From assembly GCA_040879985.1 (NCBI GenBank), contig JBBDJH010000004.1, forward strand, positions 14,115-78,114: a stretch of 64,000 nt of DNA. Reading direction: 5' to 3'. The stretch comes from Solirubrobacterales bacterium. GTDB taxonomy: Bacteria > Actinomycetota > Thermoleophilia > Solirubrobacterales > 70-9. The notes under the pieces were generated by a model that was given only the letters and a program-made list of their open reading frames with translations, had not been told where the DNA came from and made no database searches. The number at the start of each line of letters is the position of its first letter. Position 1 is the stretch's first letter. This document shows, piece by piece, positions 50,743 to 59,980 of the stretch. Position numbers and translations under genes: made by a program.

Positions 50743-52110
50743 ATGTTCGTCAACCGCCGTGAAGAGCTGGGGGCGTTGAACGCCTGGTGGGACCGGGCGG
50801 GCGCCGCGCTGGGGCTGGTCTGGGGACGGCGCCGGGTTGGCAAGACCTCGCTGCTAGAGGAGTTTGCCCGCGACAAGCGCGCGATCTTCCACACCGGCGC
50901 CGGCCGGCCGGCCGGCGACGAGCTGCGGATGCTCAGCGAGAGCGCCGGGCAGGTTGCCAAGTTCGGGGCGCGCGATCTCGGCGAGCGACCCTTCGCCGAT
51001 TGGGACGACGCCCTCGACGCGCTCGCGGCGGCGGCCACCCGCGAGCGGCTGTTGCTCGTGATCGACGAGTTCCCCGACTTGGCCGCCGGCAGCCCCGAGC
51101 TGCCGGGCGTGCTGCGCGCCTTCTGGGATCGCGCTCAGGGCAAGACCAAGCTGCGCATCCTCGTCTGCGGCTCCGCCGTGCGCACAATGGAGGCCCTGCA
51201 GGAGGAGCGGGCGCCCCTCTATGGGCGCTTCGACCTCAGCCTGCTCCTGCACCCGTTCCGACCGCACGAGGCGAGCGCGATGCTGAAGGGCCTCGATCCC
51301 GCCGACAAAGCGCTCGTCTGGGGCCTCGTCGGCGGCGTGCCGCTCTACCTGAACTGGTGGGACAGCGAGCGCAGCGTGAAGCAAAACCTGCTGCGGCTGG
51401 CCTGCACCCCGGGTGGCCGACTGCTCGACGAGGGCAGGCTCGTGCTCGCGACCGAAGGCGACCTCGGCGGCCTCGGTGGGCTGGCCCTGCGGGCGATCGC
51501 CTCCGGCCGCACCCGGCACAACGAGATCGAGCAGGCGATCGGGTCGGATCCCAGCCGCGTGCTCGAGCGCCTGGTCGAGCTGCGCCTGGTCGAGCGGCTT
51601 GTCCCGGTCACCGAGAACCCGGCCAGAACGCGTCGTCGCATCTACCGGATCGCGGACAATTTCCTCGCCTTCTGGCTCGGGGTCCTCGATCGCCATCGTT
51701 CCGCGATCAGCCGAGGCCTGGGTGGACAGATTCTCTCGGTCCTGACCGAGCAGCTGGACGACCACATGGGCGACCGCTGGGAGGCAGCCTTCCGGCAGCA
51801 CCTGCTGCGGCTGGCGGCGGGCGGTGAGCTCGGCGAGCGGATCGTCGACATCGGCCGCTGGTGGCAGGACGCCCCGCCGGTCGAGATCGATGCGGTGGCG
51901 CTTGCCGGGCGCAGCAGGGAGGCCGTGCTTCTCGGCGAGGCGAAGTGGGCACGCAGGGCGGATGGCACGGCGCTCAGAGCCGGGCTGGAAGCCAAGGCGA
52001 CGGCGTTGCCGGCCCTGGCCGACGATGTCTCCTACGCGATCGCGGCTCGCGACCAGGTCAAGGGTGGCGACGGCGTGCTGCCGATCACCGCCGCCGACAT
52101 CTTCGGCTGA
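50743..52110 (+). CDS. Archaeal-type P-loop ATPase fused to a DUF234 (PD-(D/E)xK-like) domain
   Basis: Start moved to MFVNRREEL (the typical family N-terminus). Walker A GRRRVGKTS, Walker B LLVIDEFP, and C-terminal EIDAVALAG..VLLGEAKWA. Confidence 0.8.
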   Translation: MFVNRREELGALNAWWDRAGAALGLVWGRRRVGKTSLLEEFARDKRAIFHTGAGRPAGDELRMLSESAGQVAKFGARDLGERPFADWDDALDALAAAATRERLLLVIDEFPDLAAGSPELPGVLRAFWDRAQGKTKLRILVCGSAVRTMEALQEERAPLYGRFDLSLLLHPFRPHEASAMLKGLDPADKALVWGLVGGVPLYLNWWDSERSVKQNLLRLACTPGGRLLDEGRLVLATEGDLGGLGGLALRAIASGRTRHNEIEQAIGSDPSRVLERLVELRLVERLVPVTENPARTRRRIYRIADNFLAFWLGVLDRHRSAISRGLGGQILSVLTEQLDDHMGDRWEAAFRQHLLRLAAGGELGERIVDIGRWWQDAPPVEIDAVALAGRSREAVLLGEAKWARRADGTALRAGLEAKATALPALADDVSYAIAARDQVKGGDGVLPITAADIFG

Positions 52111-52113
52111 GCG

Positions 52114-52629
52114 CTAGCCGACTTTGACCAGGTCGACGACGAAGATCAGCGTTTCGTTCGGGCCGATCGCCGGTGGGGCGCCCGCTTCGCCGTAGGCGAG
52201 TTCGGGCGGGATGATCAGCTCGCGCTGGCCGCCGACCTTCATCCCGGCCACGCCCTGGTCCCAGCCGGGAATCACTTCGCCGGCGCCGAGCGTGAAGCTG
52301 AACGGTTCGTTGCGGCTCCAGGACGAGTCGAACTCTTCGCCGCTTTCGTAGCCGACCCCGACGTACTGGACGCTGACTTTGTCGCCGGATTTGGCTTCCG
52401 CCCCGGTGCCTTCGATCAGCTCTTTCTCTTCGAGCTGCTGCGGCGGTTCGCCGTCCGGCACCTCGACCGCCGGTTTGCCGCGGTTCGAGGCGTCGCCGCT
52501 CGTTTCCGCCGCGGCCGAGCCGGACGGCTGGTTCGAATCGGCCGCCTCGGTCGTGGTGTCGTCGTCGCCACCGCAGCCGGCGATGGCGAGGGCGGCGCAG
52601 GCAAGGATCGTCAATATCGCGGTCTTCAT
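52114..52629 (-). CDS. FKBP-type peptidyl-prolyl isomerase lipoprotein
   Basis: Lipobox LAIAGCGG. FKBP core GDKVSVQYVGV..FDSS..PFSFTLGAGEVIPGWDQGVAGMKVGGQRELIIPPELAYG. Confidence 0.9.
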   Translation of the reverse strand: MKTAILTILACAALAIAGCGGDDDTTTEAADSNQPSGSAAAETSGDASNRGKPAVEVPDGEPPQQLEEKELIEGTGAEAKSGDKVSVQYVGVGYESGEEFDSSWSRNEPFSFTLGAGEVIPGWDQGVAGMKVGGQRELIIPPELAYGEAGAPPAIGPNETLIFVVDLVKVG

Positions 52630-52690
52630 CGTGCGCGCAGCTTAAGCAATCGTTCGCTCAACCTGCGTGCCGCCGGGATAGGGTCAGCCG

Positions 52691-53587
52691 ATGGACAGCC
52701 CGCTGCTGACCTCCCTCGTCCTGCCCGCGGCGATCGCGGTGATCATGTGCAGCCTCGGAATGACGCTGACGACGGCCGACTTCCGGCGCATCTTCGTCGC
52801 CCCGCGCGGCATCGCGATCGGGATGCTGAACCTGGCGCTGATCTCGCCGCTGCTCGCCCTGGCGATGGCCGAGCTGTTCAACCTGCCGCCGGAGCTGGCC
52901 GTCGGGCTCGTCCTGCTCGGCGCCTCGCCCGGCGGAATGATGGCCAACATGCTGACCCACCTCTCGCGTGGGGACACCGCCCTCTCGGTCTCGATGACGG
53001 CGATCAGCAGCGTCGGCGCGATCGTCACCGTGCCCCTCTTCCTCGCCCTCGCCTCAGCTCACTTCGGCGCCGAGGACCTCGGCGAGGCGAGCATGCTCGG
53101 CGTCGTCGCCCGCGTCTTCGCGATCACGATCGTCCCGGTCGCGATCGGGATGAGCCTGCGCCGGCGCTATCCGGAGACGATCGAAGCGATCTACCCGCGC
53201 GTGCGTGACGTCTCCCTAATTCTGTTCGGCCTGGTCATCCTCGGCGCGATCGCCAGCGAGCACGACACGGTCGCCGAGAACGCGCTCGCCGTCGGCGGCG
53301 CCGCGCTTGCCCTCAACGTCGCCGCGATGACGGTCAGCTTCACGATCGCGAGACTGGCCCGCCTCAACGACCGTCAGGCGACCGCGATCTCGCTCGAGCT
53401 GGGCATCCACAACGCCGCCCTGGCGATCGCCGTCGGCGCCACGCTGTCGCCGGACCTGACGATCCCGGCCGCGGTCTACGCCTCCTTCATGCTGGTCACC
53501 GGCGGCAGCTTCGCCTGGGTGATGAGCAAGCGCAACACGGCGCCCGCGGGCGCCCCGGCGGCGACACCCGCGTTCGAGGCGGAGTGA
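52691..53587 (+). CDS. Bile acid:sodium symporter (BASS) family transporter
   Basis: ..GMTLTTADFRRIF..P..AIGMLNLALISPLLA..LGASPGGMMANMLTHLSRGDTALSVSMTA is typical of the SBF/BASS family. Confidence 0.85.
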   Translation: MDSPLLTSLVLPAAIAVIMCSLGMTLTTADFRRIFVAPRGIAIGMLNLALISPLLALAMAELFNLPPELAVGLVLLGASPGGMMANMLTHLSRGDTALSVSMTAISSVGAIVTVPLFLALASAHFGAEDLGEASMLGVVARVFAITIVPVAIGMSLRRRYPETIEAIYPRVRDVSLILFGLVILGAIASEHDTVAENALAVGGAALALNVAAMTVSFTIARLARLNDRQATAISLELGIHNAALAIAVGATLSPDLTIPAAVYASFMLVTGGSFAWVMSKRNTAPAGAPAATPAFEAE

Positions 53588-53609
53588 AGCGCTTAGACTT
53601 GGCCGCGGG

Positions 53610-55115
53610 ATGGGGATGAACCTGGCATCGATCGTCACCGCCGGCGCCGAGCGCTGGCCCGATGCGGCGGCGATCCGGCTCGGTGAGAGCGAGCTGACCT
53701 ACGCCGAGCTCGACGAGCGCAGCGCCCGCCTCGCCACGCTGCTGGCCGAGCAGGGCGTCGCAGCCGGCGACCGGGTCGGCGTGATGCTGCCCAACGTCCC
53801 CGATTTCCCGATCGCCTACTACGGCGTGCTGCGCGCCGGCGCCGTCGTCGTGCCGATGAACGTGCTGCTCAAGCGGCGCGAGATCGCCTTCTACCTGGAG
53901 GACTCGGGCGCCGGGCTGCTGCTCGCCTGGCACGGCTTCGCCGAGGAGGCGCGGGCGGGCGCGGACGAGGCCGGCGCCGAGCTGGTCGAGGTCGAGCCCG
54001 CTGCCTTCGCCGCGACGCTGAGCGAACGCGAGCCGACCGCCGGCCTGGCCGAGACCGGCGAGGACGACACCGCGGTCATCCTCTACACCTCGGGCACGAC
54101 CGGCAAGCCGAAGGGCGCCGAGCTGACCCACGCCAACCTCTGGCGCAACGCCGACGTCACCCGCCGCACGACCTGCGAGATCGAGGCCGGCGACGTCGTG
54201 CTCGGCTCCCTGCCGCTCTTCCACTCATTCGGCCAGACGGTCGCGATGAACGCCTCGCTCGCGGCCGGCGCCTGCCTCACCCTGGTGCCCAAATTCGAGC
54301 CCGGCGAGGCGCTGGCGACGATGCAGCGCGACCGCGTCAGCCACTTCTACGGCGTGCCGACGATGTTCGGCGCGCTGCTCCACCACCCCGAGCGCGAGAG
54401 CTTCGATACCTCGGCGCTGCGCACCTGCATCACCGGCGGCGCCTCGATGCCGGTCGAAGTCCTGCGCGGCTTCGAAGACGCCTTCGGCGCCGTCGTGCTC
54501 GAGGGCTACGGGCTCTCGGAGACCTCCCCGGTCGCCTGCTCCAACCACCCGGAGAAGGGAGCCAAGCCGGGCTCGATCGGCGCCCCGATCGAAGGCGTCG
54601 AGATGAAGGTCGTCGACGAGGACGACGCGGAGGTCGCGCAGGGCGAGGTCGGCGAGATCGTGATCCGCGGCCACAACATCATGAAGGGCTACTGGCGGCG
54701 CCCGGACGCGACCGCGGAGGCGATGCGCGGCGGCTGGTTCCACAGCGGCGACATGGCGCGCGTCGACGAGGACGGCGACTTCTTCATCGTCGACCGCAAG
54801 AAGGACCTGATCATCCGCGGCGGCTACAACGTCTACCCGCGCGAGGTCGAGGAAGTCCTCTACGAGCACCCGAAGATCCGCGAAGCGGCCGTGGTCGGCG
54901 TCCCCCACGACGAGTGGGGCGAGGAGATCGGCGCCGCCGTCGTCCTCATCGAGGGCGAGCAGCTGAGCCCGGAGGAGGTCAGCGCCTACGTCAAGGACCG
55001 CATCGCCGCCTACAAGTACCCGCGCCTCGTCTGGTTCCTCGACGACCTCCCCAAGGGCCCGACCGGCAAGATCCTCAAGCGGGAGATCGAGACTCCCGCC
55101 GCTGTCAACGACTAA
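53610..55115 (+). CDS. AMP-dependent acyl-CoA synthetase/ligase
   Basis: AMP-binding motif ILYTSGTTGKPKGAEL, then GYGLSET, and C-terminal PKGPTGKILKRE. Confidence 0.9.
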   Translation: MGMNLASIVTAGAERWPDAAAIRLGESELTYAELDERSARLATLLAEQGVAAGDRVGVMLPNVPDFPIAYYGVLRAGAVVVPMNVLLKRREIAFYLEDSGAGLLLAWHGFAEEARAGADEAGAELVEVEPAAFAATLSEREPTAGLAETGEDDTAVILYTSGTTGKPKGAELTHANLWRNADVTRRTTCEIEAGDVVLGSLPLFHSFGQTVAMNASLAAGACLTLVPKFEPGEALATMQRDRVSHFYGVPTMFGALLHHPERESFDTSALRTCITGGASMPVEVLRGFEDAFGAVVLEGYGLSETSPVACSNHPEKGAKPGSIGAPIEGVEMKVVDEDDAEVAQGEVGEIVIRGHNIMKGYWRRPDATAEAMRGGWFHSGDMARVDEDGDFFIVDRKKDLIIRGGYNVYPREVEEVLYEHPKIREAAVVGVPHDEWGEEIGAAVVLIEGEQLSPEEVSAYVKDRIAAYKYPRLVWFLDDLPKGPTGKILKREIETPAAVND

Positions 55116-55196
55116 ACCCCGGCCGCATGCAAGCAGAGGCGAACCGGGGCCTTCCTGGCCAACTGTAGCAACCCTGTCCGGCCGATTTGCGATGAA

Positions 55197-55867
55197 ATGA
55201 GTCGTATGCGCCCCGAGCAGGCAAGGAAATGGATCAGCGAACCCCGCTTCAACGGATATCGCAAGGCGGTCGCCGATCAGAGTCACGAGTCGGCGGTGGC
55301 CCTGTATCTATGGAACGCGGAAGTTTCGCGGCCTACCTCGGAGTCCTTCACCACGTCGAGGTATTGCTCCGCAACGCCATCGACCAGCAGTTTCCCGCCA
55401 CAGACGCCGATCACGTCGCTTCGATCTGCGACACGGACGTCTGGCTGACGGATCCGGCATTCCTCGAGGATCAAGGCCGAGAAAAGGTCAACGACGCGAT
55501 CAGGCGACTGGTCGGCGAAAACCGAAGGCCGACGCGGGGTCGTCTGGTTGCCTCGCTGACACTGGGCTTTTGGACGGCTCTCTTCTCGGGGCGCTACGAG
55601 GACCTCTGGCGGTCGCATCTCGTCCAGGCATTCCCGAACGGCGGCGGACGGCGCAGTGAGGTCAGGGGAGCCCTAGCCCGCATTCTCCAGCTGAGAAACC
55701 AGATCGCCCACCACGAAGCGATTTTCGCCCGTGACCTCGCCAAGGATCATGCGCATTTACTGAGCGTCGCCGGTTTGATCGACCCCGAGGCGCAGCGGTA
55801 TATCGCGAAGCATTCAAGGGTGGTGGCACTGTTTCCCCGTAGACCTGACCTTTTGCTTGACCGGTAA
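55197..55867 (+). pseudogene. Abi_2 (AbiD/AbiF-like) abortive-infection family gene interrupted by a -1 frameshift near 55328
   Basis: Frame a (55197-) reads ..KWISEPRFNGYRKAV..AVALYLWNAEVS. Frame b (55229-55867) continues AAYLGVLHHVEVLLRNAID..LTLGFWTALF..ILQLRNQIAHHEAIF. Joined, they give a full-length Abi_2 pattern. Confidence 0.65.
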
Positions 55868-56060
55868 CGGCTCCCAGTCGTCCCCAAAATGGCGAAAAAC
55901 CCTCCAGTCCTCGAAGGGCGGCGGCGGAATAGTGCAAAGAAAATCATGCGTGTGAGGCACATCACATAGCGGATAGCTGGCTGGCTGGCCAGGATCGCGG
56001 TAACCTCTGCATCGAAAGCCGTCGTGAAGCGCCCCGCGGGCGCGCAGCCAAAGGAGAGAG

Positions 56061-57347
56061 ATGAGCGTCGCATCCCAGAGCCTGATGGACAACGTCACCT
56101 ACGTCGACCTCTACAAGCGCTGGGAGCAGGGCAACTGGAGCGCCTACGACATCGACTTCTCCGAGGACCGCAAGGGCTGGGAGGCGCTGAGCGACATGCA
56201 GCGCCGCTCGGCGATGTGGATCTACTCGATGTTCTACTACGGCGAGGACCGGGTCGCCGACACCCTCGCCCCCTACATCAACGCCGCGCCGACCGAGGAG
56301 CAGTCCTACTTCCTCGCCACCCAGCAGGTCGACGAGGTCCGCCACTCGGTCTTCTTCCACCGCTTCTTCAAGGAGGTGATCGGAGTCGGCGGCGACTCGA
56401 TCCAGCAGACCCTCTCCTCGACCATGCCGCAGCTCAACTGGGGCTACCGCGGCGTCTTCGACCGGCTCGACCGGATGGCGGAGGAACTGCGCAAGGACCG
56501 CTCGCTGCCCAAGTACGCGCAGGCGATCACCCTCTACCACCTGATCGTCGAGGGCAGCCTCGCCCAGCCCGGCCAGCACTTCATCGAGGACTTCTTCGCC
56601 TCGAAAGAAACGATGCCCGGCTTCAGCGACGGGATGGGCAACGTCTCCCGCGACGAGCAGCGCCACATCGGCTTCGGCGTCAAGGTCCTCGCCGAACTGC
56701 TCGGCGAAGGCCACCCGGGGTGGGAGGAGAACCGCGCCGCCGTGATCGAGCTGCTGCGCGAAACGCTGCCCTACGGGCCGGCCGTGTTCTACCCGCCCAA
56801 CATGGACCGCGAGTACACCGAGTGCTACGGCTTCTCACTCGAGGACATCTTCGCCTTCGGGCTGAAGCTGATCCGCCAGCGCTGGCGCACGATCGGCTAC
56901 CCGACCGAGGAGATGCCGCCCGGCGTCTTCCCCTTCGACCCCGAGGCCTCGGCCGAGGAAGTCGCCAAGCGCCAGGTGACGCTGATGGAGGCCGGCGTCC
57001 TCGGCCCGCCGAACGAGCGTGTCCCCGACGCCTCGGCGGAGACGCAGCGCCTCTACTTCGACGTGGTCAAGCGGGTCGCCGACCCGGCGGCCGCGAACGG
57101 CTCGCCGCTGGTCTACCAGTACCGCTTCAGCGACGCCGACCCGTGGCACCTGACGCTCGACAACGGCTCGACCCGGGCCGAGCCGGGCGAGGCGCCCGAC
57201 CCGACGCTGACCCTGGAGGCGAGCTGGGCCGACTTCGTCGCGATGGGCAAGCCGGAAGCCAACCCGCTGAAGATGATGCTGCAGCGCCGCATCCGCCCGC
57301 GCGGCCCGATCCGCGAGATCGCCCGGCTGCGCAAGGTTTTTCGTTAG
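56061..57347 (+). CDS. Ribonucleotide-reductase-R2-like di-iron (ferritin-like) protein fused to a C-terminal SCP2 lipid-binding domain
   Basis: Two ExxH metal motifs (VDEVRHS, RDEQRHIG) plus bridging Glu candidates (YYGEDRV, LIVEGSL). The C-terminus ..LTLEASWADFVAMGKPEANPLKMMLQRRIRPRG is SCP2-like. Confidence 0.7.
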   Translation: MSVASQSLMDNVTYVDLYKRWEQGNWSAYDIDFSEDRKGWEALSDMQRRSAMWIYSMFYYGEDRVADTLAPYINAAPTEEQSYFLATQQVDEVRHSVFFHRFFKEVIGVGGDSIQQTLSSTMPQLNWGYRGVFDRLDRMAEELRKDRSLPKYAQAITLYHLIVEGSLAQPGQHFIEDFFASKETMPGFSDGMGNVSRDEQRHIGFGVKVLAELLGEGHPGWEENRAAVIELLRETLPYGPAVFYPPNMDREYTECYGFSLEDIFAFGLKLIRQRWRTIGYPTEEMPPGVFPFDPEASAEEVAKRQVTLMEAGVLGPPNERVPDASAETQRLYFDVVKRVADPAAANGSPLVYQYRFSDADPWHLTLDNGSTRAEPGEAPDPTLTLEASWADFVAMGKPEANPLKMMLQRRIRPRGPIREIARLRKVFR

Positions 57348-58753
57348 GAGATCGGCGGGCGGCGATCCGCCCAGGGGCGCTCGGACTCCAGCTGAGCGGC
57401 CAGGGAGAGCAGCGTTGCCTCGTCGCCGGGGCGACCGACTAGCTGGACCGATAGCGGCATGCCGTCGGCGGCGAAGCCGGCGGGCAGCGCCATCGCCGGG
57501 TTGCCGAGGTGGTTCCAGGGCACGCAGTAGGGATAGAAGCGGCTCATTCCGAGCACCGTGCTGAGCGCGCCGCGTCCCTCCCAGCGGCGTACCGGCAGGG
57601 CGGTGCCGCCCATCACCGGCATCACCAGAACGTCATGGGAGTCGAAGATCGCGTTGACGCGGGCGGCGTCGGTGGCCTCGGCCGCGCGGGCCATCGCGAA
57701 CAGCCGATCCGGGATCAGCCTGCCCAGCCGGGCGAAGCCGCGGGTGCGCCGTTCGAGCCGCTCCGGGTGCGGGACCCGGGCGAAGTCTTCGGCCGCGCCG
57801 CGCAGGTAGCGCGGCGTGATGCTGTTGCCGATCCCGCCCCATTCCGGGTCGCGCTCACCGACCTCGTGGCCGAGCGAGCGCAGCAGCTCCGCGGTGTCGG
57901 TGACGGCACCCTTGGCGACCGCGTCGACCGTCGGCGGCGCGGCGGCGCGCGGCGGCGCGGTCGACCAGGCGATCCGCAGCTTCCCGGGTGGCGTCCGCGC
58001 CGACTCGACGAAGGGCGTCTGCGGCGCGGCGGGAGCGCCCGGCTCGGCCGAGCTGCCGCTGACGATGTCGAGCCATAGCGCCGTGTCGGCGACGCTGCGG
58101 CTGACGCAGTTGTAGGCGGATAAGCCGTTCCAGTGCTGCAGGTCGGGCGCCAACGAGACCCGGCCGCGCTGCGGCTTGAGCCCGACCAGGCCGCAGCAGG
58201 CAGCGGGGATGCGGATCGAGCCGGCCCCGTCGGTGGCGAGCGCGATCGGCACCAGGCCGGCCGCGACCGCCGCGCCGCTGCCGCCGCTCGAGCCGCCCGG
58301 GGTGCGCTGCGGGTCCCAGGGGTTGCGCGTCACCCCCCAGGTCGCCGACTCGGTGAAGCCGCAGATCGCCAGCTCCGGCAAAAGGGTCTTGCCGACGACG
58401 ATCGCGCCCGCCTCGCGCAGCCGCCGGACGATCTCGCTGTCGGCCCTGGCGGGATCGGTGAAGCCGTCGGTCCCGTAGGTCGTGACGTCGCCGGCGACAT
58501 CGACGCAGTCCTTGATCGCGACCGGGACGCCGAGCAGCGGGCGCCGGTCACCGGCGCTGAGCCGCGCCTCGGCCTGCTCGGCCTCGAGCAGCGCCTTCTC
58601 GGCGAAGACCTTGCGGAACGAGTTGAGCTGCGGGTCGAGGCGGGCGATCCGGTCGAGGGAAAGCTGCACCAACTCGCGCGGCGAGACCTCGCCCGCCCGC
58701 ACCATCTCCGCCTGCCTGACAGCTCCCTCAAAAGCTAGGTCGTCTCCCGTCAC
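57344..58753 (-). CDS. Amidase (amidase-signature family)
   Basis: AS signature GGSSGGSGAAVAAG with the catalytic Ser-cisSer-Lys context (VAIKD..). Confidence 0.9.
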   Translation of the reverse strand: MTGDDLAFEGAVRQAEMVRAGEVSPRELVQLSLDRIARLDPQLNSFRKVFAEKALLEAEQAEARLSAGDRRPLLGVPVAIKDCVDVAGDVTTYGTDGFTDPARADSEIVRRLREAGAIVVGKTLLPELAICGFTESATWGVTRNPWDPQRTPGGSSGGSGAAVAAGLVPIALATDGAGSIRIPAACCGLVGLKPQRGRVSLAPDLQHWNGLSAYNCVSRSVADTALWLDIVSGSSAEPGAPAAPQTPFVESARTPPGKLRIAWSTAPPRAAAPPTVDAVAKGAVTDTAELLRSLGHEVGERDPEWGGIGNSITPRYLRGAAEDFARVPHPERLERRTRGFARLGRLIPDRLFAMARAAEATDAARVNAIFDSHDVLVMPVMGGTALPVRRWEGRGALSTVLGMSRFYPYCVPWNHLGNPAMALPAGFAADGMPLSVQLVGRPGDEATLLSLAAQLESERPWADRRPPIS

Positions 58754-58838
58754 GCCGTCATCCTAAGCGCCCGGGCGCTTTACACCTTCGCAGGAGACGG
58801 CTCGCGCCTACCGCCCTCGAAGCTGAACGTCCAGCGCG

Positions 58839-59447
58839 TTACTCGCCGGCGAGCAGGAAGCGCGCCGAGGCGGCGCCGGCGGCGAGCGCGGCGCTGATGT
58901 CGCGGCCGGGCTCGGAGAGGGCCTGCAGGGCGAAGCCGTCGGCGGCCGCGAAGAGGTAGGCGACGATCGCCTCGGCGTCGAAGCGCAGCTTGAGCACGCC
59001 CTCGCGCTGCTTCTGCTCGAGGATCTCGGCGACGTGGCTGCGCGTGCGGTCGAAGAGCTGGCCGACCTCGTGCTGGATCTCGGGGTTGCGGCGGCCGGCG
59101 CTGAACAGCTCGTAGAGCAGCAGGAAGAAGGCCGGTTCGTTGTCGATCAGATCGGTCAGGCTCGAGACGAGCACGTCGAGCACGTCGTCGACGCTCGCGG
59201 CCTTGGCGAGCGGCTCGTCGAGCCGGGCGACGCGGATCTCGGAGTCGCGGCGGACTACCTCGACAAGCAGCCGCTCCTTGGTGCCGAAGTAGTAGTGCAG
59301 CAGGCCGCGGCTGACCCCCGCCTCGCGGGCGACGTGCTCGAAGGTGGAGCCGGCGGCGCCGCGCTTGGCGACGCTCTCGCGCATCGCGTCGATGATGCGC
59401 TGCGCCTTTTCCCCGCTCAGCTCGCGCTCTTTGGTCGCTGCCTCCAT
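58839..59447 (-). CDS. TetR-family transcriptional regulator
   Basis: N-terminal HTH: GAAGSTFEHVAREAGVSRGLLHYYFGTKERLL. Confidence 0.9.
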   Translation of the reverse strand: MEAATKERELSGEKAQRIIDAMRESVAKRGAAGSTFEHVAREAGVSRGLLHYYFGTKERLLVEVVRRDSEIRVARLDEPLAKAASVDDVLDVLVSSLTDLIDNEPAFFLLLYELFSAGRRNPEIQHEVGQLFDRTRSHVAEILEQKQREGVLKLRFDAEAIVAYLFAAADGFALQALSEPGRDISAALAAGAASARFLLAGE

Positions 59448-59491
59448 CGACTCAGTCTACGCCGCGGGCCGGGCGAACCGGGCCCGCGGGG

Positions 59492-59920
59492 CTACGAGCC
59501 GTTGATGCTGGTGGTTGACGTGTACTCGAACTCCTCCTCGGCGCCGAAGAGGGCGTCGAGAACCTTCTTGCGGGCGTCCTCGCTGAGCACCAGCGCGATC
59601 CCGGCGGCGACGATGCCGAGCAGCAGGATGCGCCCGAGGCGGCTCTTCTTGCGCTTGCGCTTGCCCTGCAGCTGCTCGGAGGCGTCGCGCAGGCTCTCGG
59701 CCGCGGTGCGCAGGTCCTTCTGCACCTTCTTGTCGCTGGTCACGGCCTTGACCGCGCCCTTGCCGTTGCCGGTCGCCCGCCCGTAGGCGCCACGCGCGGC
59801 TTCGAAGGCGTCGCGAAGGTTGTCGCGCAGCTCTTCGTCCTCGATCAGCCGCTGCACGTAGGGGTTCTCGCGCGCGGTCGAGTAGAGGTCCGCGGCCTGG
59901 TTCGCCTTCGTCTTGCTCAT
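59492..59920 (-). CDS. Hypothetical protein with C-terminal TM helix
   Basis: Trimmed to MSKTKANQAADLY.. (142 aa). Charged helical N-part, KRKRKKSR, then the TM helix ILLLGIVAAGIALVL. The longer 570-aa track ORF is a shadow of the GT39 gene. Confidence 0.5.
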   Translation of the reverse strand: MSKTKANQAADLYSTARENPYVQRLIEDEELRDNLRDAFEAARGAYGRATGNGKGAVKAVTSDKKVQKDLRTAAESLRDASEQLQGKRKRKKSRLGRILLLGIVAAGIALVLSEDARKKVLDALFGAEEEFEYTSTTSINGS

Positions 59921-59980
59921 GCCATCTCCTCGCTGGGGTGAAGTCTTATGCCCCACTGAGGATAGCCCCAAACCTCCCTT

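Noticed and set aside
55320-55335. Programmed -1 ribosomal frameshifting as the explanation for the split Abi_2 gene.
   Set aside because: There is no slippery heptamer (the sequence is GAAGTTTCGCGGCC) and no obvious downstream stimulatory structure. A simple 1-nt deletion or a sequencing error is more parsimonious.
55891-55902. GGCGAAAAACCC, identical to the right inner arm of family D, downstream of the Abi_2 remnant.
   Set aside because: It is only a 12-nt half-site with no matching left arm or core. I mention it under the Abi finding as context but do not call it a repeat copy.
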